DNA from: Schizochytrium sp. TIO01
Lineage: Eukaryota; Protista; Bigyra: Labyrinthulomycetes
Direction of reading: 5' to 3'
Assembly: GCA_004764695.1 (NCBI GenBank)
Contig: SMSO01000031.1
Location: 8,104,761-8,168,760, forward strand
DNA length: 64,000 nt
Each line of letters begins with the position of its first letter. The stretch's first letter is position 1. The notes under the pieces were generated by a model, which was given only the letters and a program-made list of their open reading frames with translations, was not told where the DNA came from and did no database searches. The position numbers and the translations under genes were made by a program. Of the stretch, positions 31,642-42,299 are shown piece by piece.

Positions 31642-34031
31642 ATGTTCAAGTTCAAACAAGCGTCGCCAATGGCAAGCCTTGTCCAGGCTGCAGCAGTGAA
31701 TAGTGCTGCGAGCAAGGAGTCGTCGAAGAAAGATTCCAACCAAACAAGACCTCCTTCGAAAGCAAACAAAAGCAGACATCCAAGCAATGGAAAAGTATCA
31801 CCAACTACATCACCAGCAACGAAAAGTCCTCGAAGGCCTGTTGATAAGCCAGCGCATGGTGCAGCGCACAAGAAGAGTACTCGTGATCAACGAATGAAAG
31901 AGGGATTGCGCGCAGGTCGCGAGAGAGGGAACAACGTCAGCAATAATGCTTCAACGCCTACTGGACTGAGATCAATATCCCCAGTTCGGCGTCGAAAGCC
32001 AAGGTTCGCAAGTCTTGATGATCGCCCCAGTTTGATGGAGCGTGCTACTCAGAGCCGGACATCAGAAATGATCTCAAAGCTCGTTGAGAAGAATCGCAGT
32101 CATCAAATCAGTGCGGGTAGCCCGGGTGGTGGTCTAGCATCTCCAGAGCAAGGGGGTGAAGAAGATGGTGATCTACTGAACAAATCTTCTCGTACAGGGA
32201 AAGGTATTAAGCTCTTGCTACGCATTACCGATGAAAGCAACGAGCTCACACGAAAAGTGGAGCGTCAAAAGCGTATGATCGAACGGCAGCGCGAACAAAT
32301 GACTGATCTTAATCGAAAAGTTGATGCTGCACGGAAACAACTTCGAATGCTACAAAAGAATGAAATTGGGGGACGTCGAACCATACCAAAACGAGAAGGT
32401 TACATTGTGCGGCTGGATGCTCTTCATATGCGCTTGAATGATGCTACCACGCGTGACGGAGACTTGCGTGCAAGTATTAACGAATTGCGTTTACAGCAAC
32501 AAGACAATTTTGCTTTACAGCATGAACTTCGCTTGGAGAGGCAAAATCTTAAGGAGCAGCGAGATGATATCCTCAAACGCATAGCTGCGGCTCAGGAACG
32601 TGAACAGAGTTATCGTCTTGAGGCCAAGGAAATCTCTGAGAGATCATCCACTGTAGTGAAAGACCTCAAGGAAGAATGGGATGCTTTGAGTATTTTTGTT
32701 AATGCAAAGACTGAAAAAGAGCGTGAGAGACTATGGACCGAGCGTAAGAAGCAAGAACTAAGGCATATGAAGCAGAAAAGGAGCGACAGGAAGCAGCTAC
32801 CAAATCTCTAATGCAGTTATCACCATTTTCATCTGTCCTTCTTAAGCATAAGCCCGATGAAAGGGGTGGGGATGACAATAAAAGCAGCGATAAGCGCGGC
32901 ATTGGAAGCGTGATTGGTAACAACAGTGGAGGTGGTAACGGTCGGCGTAAGAATTCATTGGAAGCCAAGATTCTGAGACAAACATTAGCTGGTGGTTTCA
33001 ACATGAAACTGATCCATCACGACTCTTTGAATGATTTAGCGCTAGCAGGAAACCTTACAGTTAATGAAGAAAAGGCCCTCAAAACAAACATTCAACAGAG
33101 CCGATGGCAGATTGCGCGAGGGCAGGTTGCTTTGCGGTCTTTGGAGGGTAAGGCTGACTCATTAGAACAAGGGTTTGAGCTGATCAAGGAAAAATCTGGA
33201 ATTGAGTCTCCAGCGGAAATGGTTGAATTGTTTCTTCAGCGTGAGGAGGAAATCTTTAGACTTTTCACGCATGTCAATTTACTAAGTGAACAAATCGAAG
33301 AATTGGAAAGTAGTGTTGAAATGGAACGTGAGGAAATTGAACGTTTCAAAGGCAAAGACGGAGAAACGAGCCAAGGTAGATCGATTGTTCGTCAGCTTGA
33401 TGACCGTCTCCAGAGACTTCAACGTCGTACTGCTCTCCATGACGAGGTTGGCTTACAAGCATCTAAATTTATTGACAGAGTAAAGGCCTCTGTGGCCTCA
33501 ATTTTTGTTCGCATCGGCTGTGATACAAAGTTGATTGAGGACTTCGTTTACCAAAAGGGTATCGGAGTTCCCGCTGGAACTACTGTAAGTTCCAAACATG
33601 TTCCAGAGGCTAAACCTAGGAGTCGTCGACGCTTCAAATCACCCGAGTCTGAGCGAGCAGCTGCCGAGGCAGAATCAATTTCAATGAAGCAGTATGAAAT
33701 CACTGAGAAAAACTTGCTTCAATATATTGGTGTTATAGAGCAGCGTGTGTCTGAGCTTTTGTTGTTACATAATTTAGTTGCGCGGCAGAAGCAAGGTGAG
33801 AACGGTGGTCAAGGCCGGCAACAGATGAACCAGATGAACCAACAGCAGTCATATCATCAACTTCCAACTGCACAACAGGCACACTTGGCGATTGCAAATT
33901 ATGAGTCCCTGCCATCTGTAAACAAGGGTGATGAGGAGGAGTGGTCTGAAGACGAAATGGACCCAGACTCTTACCCGCGCCCACTCTCTCACCAAGAGCT
34001 GCTAGAAAGGATCAAGACTCAGCAAATGTAA
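31642..34031 (+). CDS. Outer dynein arm docking complex DC2/ODAD1 (CCDC63/114)-like coiled-coil protein, split by one frameshift or micro-intron near 32744-32775
   Basis: ORFs 31642-32811 and 32811-34031; FLQREEEIFRLFTHVNLLSEQIEELE and ITEKNLLQYIGVIEQRVSELL motifs; LRASINELR. Confidence 0.75.
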
Positions 34032-34475
34032 GTGAGCCGTGTTCATTCTTCGTATTTTCAAGCAAACATTACGGGTAACGATTGTACGTATTAGTGTTAT
34101 TAGAGTATATCATTCTATTTTGATAGGATATTAATGGTAAGATATACCTTCACCTTTGTCCTCTCGCGATGTTTGAGTGTTCGGTATCAGATGACATCAA
34201 GTATTAATCACCACCTAAAGGGTCGGTCTTTTGTATGCAGAAGGCACACAAAGATTAGAGATTACACAAGGGGATCGTGTACATGAGAAATGTAAGCTCT
34301 TGAGTGGAAACATCTGAAAAAATTAAATTATTGAACAGTTGTTGAGTGCACGAAAATGTTAGCAGCGAGACCTTATTAAAAAATACTACTAGAAAAATAT
34401 AATGTTGACAAGTTACTTTTATGTTCTAAAAGACATGATTAGCTAGAGGGACATATAAAAGCATACAGGCTCATT

Positions 34476-36242
34476 CTATCTAACATGAAACACTGTGTTT
34501 CTCCTATTTTGACAACGACGCACTTGCTGAGATAGCGCGTCGTCTTGGGTCTGTACAATGGGAATGCCGAGCACCTTACGCATAGAGCGCAATTGGAAAA
34601 AATACTTGGCATATTGGCTCATAGAGACGCGGACCTGGTACTCCATCGCCTCAAGGAGGCAGACTTCAAGCTGATTGATCCGTTTGATGGGAAACGCGGG
34701 ACAAATCTTTGCGAAATCGCCATTCCACATGGAAAGGTCGTCCCAGACTTTGCTTGCAAGAATCATTGTACTCAGGACGACACCCTTCCAATTTGATTCG
34801 TTAAGAGACAGCTGGCCGCGAGTTGCCTTGAGCAGGCGCTCGAGATAGACAAAGGACATTAAAATGCACTCTTTCTCCATTTGAGCTTTCACATAAACAT
34901 CCTTAAGAAAGGAAAAAATAGCTTCACGCGTAGGAATTGCCATACCTACACTACTACGCTTACGGCGACGACGTACCCGCTCTGTATAGGGGGAGGCGGC
35001 CCCATTCGCGCTTACATCTGTAGCGCTGTCATCTTGGTTATGCGCAGCAGCATCTGCTGCGGCTGAGGCTCCCGGAACTTCTTCGAAAATAGCGTAACGA
35101 GGGTGGATGAAGGTTGATGAAGCCAAGACAAATTGCACAATGTGTGCATGAATAACTGCACTTACACAGTGAAGATCCTCTGTTGCATCAGGGTTGTATA
35201 GGGCACTTTCGTCATCACCTGAATCAAATGAGCGGCTGCGTTGCCGAAAGTTACCTGCACGACGCTCAGAACCACGGGCTATAGCAAAGCTTGAACCGCG
35301 ACGGCGATTGCCGTTGAGCGTTGAGCTAGGGTTGGCACTATCTGTAACGCAAAGAGCGTCTGTATCTAACACAGCACGACTTCCACGGCGTCTGCGAAGC
35401 CCATAAGCAGCGAGTTGCTCAAGACTCTGCTGATCAATTGAGGAGAGCGACCGAAATCGAGTATGGTGAGGACCTGGTTCTGGAATAGACACATGTTCAA
35501 AGTTGCGCAGCCTTTCTGGTCTTCCCCAGCAACGCACATCCTTGCCATCAAAAAAGAAGGAATCCTCGTCAGCCTCGCTAAACTCATCCTCAAGGTCTAA
35601 CTCTTCAGAGTGCCCATCTTCTTCTGTGCGAGCGCTCCCTCCACAATTTCCGTCAGGTTGGCCGATGGTTTCTTGCTGGGCATCTAAACGAGTATCTAGA
35701 CAACCATGCGGCGTTCTAGAAAGCATATGTTCATCGTGCGTATCCACGCTAGATTCCGTCGCCAACTCTTGGTATTGTTGCTCTTGAAACTGACGAGCAT
35801 GCTGAGGAATGTGCGGAATGGTGGGCATACTGTTCATCGAACACAAATGCACTTCTTCATCTTCACTTGGGTCGCCATTGTCAAATCCATCTTCGTCATC
35901 GTCCTCAACTTCGTTATGTTCTGTGACAGGTGAGAATTGCTGCATTGGCATTTGCTGGTGTAAGGTCATATGGTTTTGAGTTTGTTGCAACTGATAGTGG
36001 TGTTGCTGTTGTTGATGATATAAACTTGCAGCGGGCTGCTGAGGGTACACAAAACACCGGGCTGGGTCGGCGAGTAAGTTAGCACTTGCTGGCGGGTACC
36101 ATGAGGTTTCGCCAGACGCCGTATTGAAATAGTACATTCTCCCGGAGTTTGCATCTAGTACCTGCATCCATGAAGCCTCCGCTGCATGTGTAAACCCATG
36201 AAGGTGCTGCATATGCGGCACATGTGTGCTATGCTGCTCCAT
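34476..36242 (-). CDS. WW domain + cyclin Y-like protein
   Basis: WW domain WMQVLDANSGRMYYFNTASGETSWYPP; cyclin Y box AQMEKECILMSFVYLERLL...NWKGVVLSTMILASKVWDDLSMWNGDF...YAKYFFQLR. Confidence 0.88.
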   Translation of the reverse strand: MEQHSTHVPHMQHLHGFTHAAEASWMQVLDANSGRMYYFNTASGETSWYPPASANLLADPARCFVYPQQPAASLYHQQQQHHYQLQQTQNHMTLHQQMPMQQFSPVTEHNEVEDDDEDGFDNGDPSEDEEVHLCSMNSMPTIPHIPQHARQFQEQQYQELATESSVDTHDEHMLSRTPHGCLDTRLDAQQETIGQPDGNCGGSARTEEDGHSEELDLEDEFSEADEDSFFFDGKDVRCWGRPERLRNFEHVSIPEPGPHHTRFRSLSSIDQQSLEQLAAYGLRRRRGSRAVLDTDALCVTDSANPSSTLNGNRRRGSSFAIARGSERRAGNFRQRSRSFDSGDDESALYNPDATEDLHCVSAVIHAHIVQFVLASSTFIHPRYAIFEEVPGASAAADAAAHNQDDSATDVSANGAASPYTERVRRRRKRSSVGMAIPTREAIFSFLKDVYVKAQMEKECILMSFVYLERLLKATRGQLSLNESNWKGVVLSTMILASKVWDDLSMWNGDFAKICPAFPIKRINQLEVCLLEAMEYQVRVSMSQYAKYFFQLRSMRKVLGIPIVQTQDDALSQQVRRCQNRRNTVFHVR

Positions 36243-37789
36243 GCGTTCAATAAAGAACTAGTGTCTTGCAGGCTGCGTCACAATTCTGCAATTCCGACGA
36301 CCGCAATCAAGACTCAAATTTGTGAAAGGAGTAAATCAACAAATGTAAGCAAAGACAGCAGGATTTGCCCAAAAGAAATATTTCCTGCGTAAGCACAATA
36401 GTTGAGGTCCCACGGCAGTGTATAGTGGGCCAATTTCACCTCGAACACTGGTGTGGACGAGTTATATATATATACTTGACTAACAAGCGAAGGACCTAAT
36501 TTCGAATGAGCCAATGCCCAATAATCCGAGGCGCTACTGCAGCGCGGACACACGCCAGCAGAGCCACTGCCTGATAGGGCCGTGGCGGCAAGGGCCTCGT
36601 TGCGAGCTACCTCGAACAATCGCAAGCGGGCTAGCGAAGAGGGTTTGCCGCGGCCTAGTCAATCAATTGATTGACTCGTCTGCGTCAAATTATTCATATT
36701 TTTCTTACATTGACTTACCTACCCATAGCATCGAATAGGAAACTCCTAATGGTTTCTTTCCCATGGCTTTATTTCCCTCGTGGACTCCTATCAAGGCTTA
36801 GGAGGGTCCTACCTACGCTGGTGGTCAAGGAGCACCAGAGACATATAACAAAGAATTTGTGCAATTTGGAATTACGATTGTTCGCGTGGACATTTGGATT
36901 ACATTGGTCGGTAAGCATCGATCACTCGCTCGAAGCGTGGATGATGAGTGTCAAGGTGAGTGCGGAGTGTGATTTGACGATGGGAGTGTTGTATATAGGG
37001 GGCTGGAATATTTGATGATAGGAGGTTTAACAAAGCTGCGGGCAGGCTTAAAGAGATAGATGCTGCCGGTCTATTCTGTCGATCCGCCGATTGCTTGTAG
37101 TTAAACGAGAGCATCTCTGAGAAGACTAGGACGCTTTGCTGGTACTTAGGCTTGGTAAATCAAACGACAGTATTATTTTCTTCTTAGGAGACTCGGGCTC
37201 TAATGCCGCTTCACATCAAGTATGTAAATGTAGAACAAAAATGATATATATGTATATGCAATACACGTTGTGCACCAAGTTGTAAAACGTAATTTAGCTA
37301 CGACTGGTTTCTTCAGGAGTAAGGGATATTTTGAAACAAAGTAAGCCCTCGAAAGTGGGCTTTTTCTTAATGGTGTGTGATCCCTGGTTACAGAGGACAA
37401 ATTGCAGCCCAGGGATACGGCCTTTTCTGGCCAAATTAATTACTAATCACACACAGAGACACATGCCAGTCGCCAATACAACAACGCGATAAACAATCAA
37501 TCTGCAGCAGCTCCCCGTTATGACTGAGACTAATGGTCTTTTGTCTGCTTCTTTACCACATGTGTGCCAGGAGTACACACCCATGATGCTGCTTCTCCAA
37601 TTGATTTTGAAGTTACTAGTACCTACTATTTATGATAGTAGCATCCACACATATAGTTATAGCAATAAGTCTGAGATAGACCTAGGCTAGTTGTTACGCT
37701 CATGTTGGGCATCTAGGAAACAAAAGATATAGGGAGATTATTTTCTTGTCCACGCACAAGATTAAGAGCGGCCTAAATTTGAGGTGAGC

Positions 37790-38962
37790 TCATGATTTCG
37801 CTGCATAATCTGCCGCATCTTCGTCATCTGAAAAGTGGCCATCATGGGATTCATCATCCTGATCCTGATCAAACTCTGAGTTATCTTCTTGATCGATGGC
37901 ATCTTCATCATCTGAAAAGTGACCATCATTTTCTTCTATCTCAGCCAAGCGTGCATCTTCTTCCTCCTGTGCGCTCTCGTCAAGGGCTAGTGATCTCTCA
38001 TCATCATCCAGAGAGAGCGCCACCCCAGGAGCGTCTGGATCAGTTCGCCCTGTAGAAGACTCAGATCCAGGACTGAAGAGATTCTGGTCCATAAACTCAC
38101 GAATTGTATCAATATGTGCCTGGAGTTCGGGATTAGGCTCCATTCCCGGAAGATCCGTGCGCTGGCGCCTCTCAACAGCGATCTGGAGTTTCTCGATAGC
38201 TTTGAGTGCATCATCGAGTTTTTGCTGAAGCTCCATGGCGCGCTGATCCTCCATCTCCTGTTCCTTCTGCTCCTTAATAAGTTTTGCGTTGTGCTCATCG
38301 ACGTCATCTTGAAGAGCCGCGGCTCTTTCACGCTCCTGGAGAAGGTCTTCCTCAAATTTGCGCTGACGCTCAAGTTGAGACTCCATGAGCCGTAACTTAT
38401 CCTCGCGACACTCCGCCATGAGTTCTGCCTGGATCCGAGCCTCTTGAAGGGCTTCCTCTCTTTCCTTCTCGGCAGCAGTTCCTGCATGTTTGAGCTTTTG
38501 GATAAGAGCGTCGCCAAGCATCGCATTCTGCCATGTGGCTTTGCTGCTCTCCTGAAGAACCTCAATCCAGTCGTCAACAACAGCCTTGTCCTTGCTCTTA
38601 AGTTGGAGCACATTCCCGTCAAAATCTGGGTGCGAAATCTCAAAAACAAAACCGCCATCTTTTTCTCTGCCCATTGGAAACACTGAGCACCCTCCGAGTG
38701 GCAGACATCCCGCAGGATTCATATCAAAGACGCGATGAGGCTTGCCCTGATACCAGAAGAGGAAGCTATCTTTTAGTACAAAGTATCTGCGCTGCCACTG
38801 GCCCCTGCCGCTGCTGCTGCTGAAAGGTTTTTTATACAGGAACCCCTGCCGCTGGACGGTGAGCACGCGGTTTTTGTTGTTGGAGCTCAGGCCGAGCATC
38901 TCCTGCGCTTTGGAGCCCACCGTGCGGCTCAAGCTCGCTCGCATCTTGTTCATCTCGCTCAA
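37790..38962 (-). CDS. PH domain + coiled-coil protein (PLEKHD1-like) with an acidic tail
   Basis: RQGFLYKKPF...WQRRYFVLKDSFLFWY...PAGCLPLGGC...WIEVLQESSKATWQNAMLG; DGHFSDDEDA occurs twice in the tail. Confidence 0.85.
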   Translation of the reverse strand: MSEMNKMRASLSRTVGSKAQEMLGLSSNNKNRVLTVQRQGFLYKKPFSSSSGRGQWQRRYFVLKDSFLFWYQGKPHRVFDMNPAGCLPLGGCSVFPMGREKDGGFVFEISHPDFDGNVLQLKSKDKAVVDDWIEVLQESSKATWQNAMLGDALIQKLKHAGTAAEKEREEALQEARIQAELMAECREDKLRLMESQLERQRKFEEDLLQERERAAALQDDVDEHNAKLIKEQKEQEMEDQRAMELQQKLDDALKAIEKLQIAVERRQRTDLPGMEPNPELQAHIDTIREFMDQNLFSPGSESSTGRTDPDAPGVALSLDDDERSLALDESAQEEEDARLAEIEENDGHFSDDEDAIDQEDNSEFDQDQDDESHDGHFSDDEDAADYAAKS

Positions 38963-39958
38963 TCAACAGTGCAGGTGAGGTGCACGGTACCTGCTCGCTC
39001 TTCTGCTGCGTCGTCAACACGCAACCAAATGGGGCGAGGTGTCCTTCCAGGCGGCGAACCGTTCTGCCGCGATGCCAAGCTTTGCAGAGGCCTTCAAACC
39101 CCTTCTACTGTCAAAAGCGGCACGTGCACAGTTTCACATCACCCAATTCATTATCATAATTCCTCATAATGCATAGTAACAAATAACTAATAATCAGTCG
39201 ATCAATGACTGATCAAAACATTTATTTTTAGGGCCACAATTTACCCCGCGAGTGCTAGTGTTTACAGTAGGTACCTCTACGGAAGTACTACTTTCGCTTT
39301 ATTTTTCATGTCTTCAACACTTTTTGTCCAAATGTGGCGTCTGGGCCCTTTTAATTCACTCCTCGCGCCTCACTGCATCGGTTTACAGCAGGTCTGCACT
39401 CAGCGTGGCTGGTCTGCCTAGGGCTCAAGCTGACCTCTGCGACCTCGAGAGGATAGCGCATAGCGAAAGCAAAGGCAAGCACCGAAGCCGAGTGCTCGCG
39501 GATGTCTGGGTCTTATATGAAATGCACGCGCACACACCAGCTCGCTCAAGTATATAGCATACAGGAGGTATTAGGACTTACCTATGGAGCTCTAGAGGGA
39601 ATTTCAAGCTAAAAAACTGTGGCTTTCCAAAGAGGTGATTATATGCCCCCCCTGTAACTTATGAATCGTTTAGTACACCCCAAGTGGACGTCACTCGTTT
39701 CTACTTTGTCCTTGAAAGGGGGCAGAGGGAAAGAGAGAGGGTACCAGCGTGAGAGGGAGGGGGTACAGAGGGTAATGAAGAGAAGGCACGAGACAGCGTG
39801 CCTATGCTAAGGAACTAGTGTATGTTCCCTGATGTAGTTCACGTTCTTTCTATTGTATGTGAGGATTTGGAAAGGAAAAGCAACCAAAGCAAAGCGTAGG
39901 CAGGAAGAAACTTGGCGATACTCGTCTCATAGGTAGTACCTTCAACTTTCAGGAGACA

Positions 39959-40841
39959 ATGCCAGACGGTTCTTCTTGCTCTTTCGAAGGTTGCGCCTTC
40001 TACAGCAAGGTTAAACGCTCTTCTCTGGATCGTTTGTAAGGAAATGACACGATTCCTGTACCTTGACTAAGTTCCGGAGGGGCTTCTGCGTCGTCGATCG
40101 GGCCCGGTCGCCAAGGCCTACTCGCGCGCAGTGGCGCGACCCTGGCCAGCGTTGCGCGAAGGGCTACCGGAGTGCGCGGCAAGAACCGTCGCTTATCCGA
40201 GCAACAGAGGATTCGCGACCAAGCCTTTGCCGAGTTCTGCAGGAGTCGTACCAATGCGCTTCTGTACTCTGTACGCGTAGCCAACGCCGAGGCGTGCGTG
40301 AACTCTATCAACCTCCCGCGCTTCGTGCGTATCCTGACAGCTCCCTTCACGAAACTGGCCCTGCGCAAGGCGCTCTGGTTGGCATCCTTTGTGCTCTTCA
40401 AGTCCTCACAAGCGGAGGGAACCGTCCCGGAGTATACAATCGTCAACGTCCTGCATTGCCTTCACGGACGAGGAGATTTACGAGATCATGGAGCTCGCCG
40501 GAATTAATAGTACAGCCAGGCGCACCCAGCGCAAGGTGATCAAGCTTAGTGACCTCCTGGGTGGTGGGTTCGAGATTCCTGATGTGAATGCAGGCTTCTC
40601 GTTCGAGTACATTTTCACCGACGAGACTCGTATGGTCATTCATAGCTGTCAAGATGTCTGCGAGCGCATTCTCTCCAAAAACCTACCCAATATACAAGAG
40701 CTCAACATACCGTTGATCAGGGGCGCCTCTGGGTGCGGGAAAACACGTCTCGGCAGGGAGATTGCTGTAGGCATCATTGAAATGGCTTCCGCTCAGAACA
40801 AGAAAGCTTTACTCTTCGGAGAACCTCAGTGGTTGATTTAG
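39959..40841 (+). pseudogene. Truncated and frameshifted CRN-type P-loop NTPase relic
   Basis: Stops near 40040-40065, a frameshift near 40450, and Walker A in IPLIRGASGCGKTRLG; the frame terminates before Walker B. Confidence 0.6.
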
Positions 40842-42299
40842 CTTGAAATTTCAACCAAAGTCAAAATCTTTCTACTCAGTACCTGTAACTAGTGAGAGTG
40901 AAGAGCAAAATTGATTGTATACTCGCAGCGTTCGACTCATGTTAATATTTGATGTTTTATTTTCTAATAGAAAACAGTTTTTTAGTGCACATTCACCTTC
41001 AGGTGTACGCCGCAATGCTTTATATATGTCATACACGTTTATTAGAAAAGTTAAACAACTACTTTGGATATAGGGACATTAATAACATACACCATCACCT
41101 GGCACTGGTTTCAAAATGCAAGGCTCGCGGCAGTTTCGAATTCGCAGATTTGTCTAATTATGAATAGTAAATAAAGCAACTTGATAAAAGCACACAACCT
41201 CGATGGCGTGCGGAAAAGGAAGACAACCAGGATTGCATGTCCTAGCTAGTTACAATTTTCGATTAGAAATTAGAAGTTTTAAAAAATACATGATTTTGGT
41301 TCGTTCTTCAATCTAGTCAAATGAGGATTAGAGCACGGGCTAACTTGAGGACTTCGCACACCTTCCGATGATTGGGCTAAGCCCTTAACTTCTGCATTCC
41401 AAGGCAGGTGATACCATGAAACCCGCAAAGGGACCGGGGAAGACCCTGGCGAAAGAACGAAGCGCTGAACGTTGCTGCGTTGTGTATTTCTACAGTAAGA
41501 ATTCTCTGTTTTCAATTGATGAGAGGGTTCAGGAAGTATATATATATATATGCGACATTTATATGCATCGTGTGATTTATGGTAGGCCCACGGGTCTGAG
41601 ATTCAACTTCATCCATGAGGTTTAAAATGACCAAGTAGTGGACATTCTGCTTCCTCACTCGGCAACTAAGTCAACACAGGAAAGTACAACGGTCATGGTA
41701 TATATCAATATCAATAATAAAAATCAGTACAATCTTTGTTGGTTTGCTATCAATAACATCAGTAGCACCTACTAGAGCCATGCTAGCAGCTCCTAGTGTA
41801 CGAACAGAGAACGGCAAAGTGATGCTGAAGAAAGTAGCAAGAGAGCTCTCTCACTGGTCTGACAGCTTTTGTTGCTACAAGGCAAGTGAGCTCTCTGTTT
41901 ATCGAGATTGCGCCTCTTAAAACTTGCTGTTTAGGACATGGGATCTCTACCACCATAAGCTTGGGAAGCGCACAAATGTTTGTGAGTTGAGGGATAGCTG
42001 TGTAACGAGGAAATACTTGTAACGGACAAAGTAAGCTTTTGTAAGAGGAAACTAAGGTGACGAAGCCTCGGAATATGGTCAGGTAAGTGCACCAAAGAAA
42101 GAAGTTGGGTTTTTTGAAAGAAGAATTCAACCGCCCATTTGAAGTTCAAGTATGGACTGCAAGTAGGTTATTCATCTGCCGAAGAAAAAAAGAAGAGGTG
42201 GCAGTATATCCCCAAACTCGAAACGTACGGTGCCTGACCAAACAGGTAACCAAAGAGGGTAAAAGCAGAGGCCGCGGAACACGCATGTAGAGAGCCACC

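Noticed and set aside
41403-41420. U1 snRNA-like GGCAGGTGATACCATGA
   Set aside because: Lacks the 5' ATACTTACCTG, the loop II motif and an Sm site.
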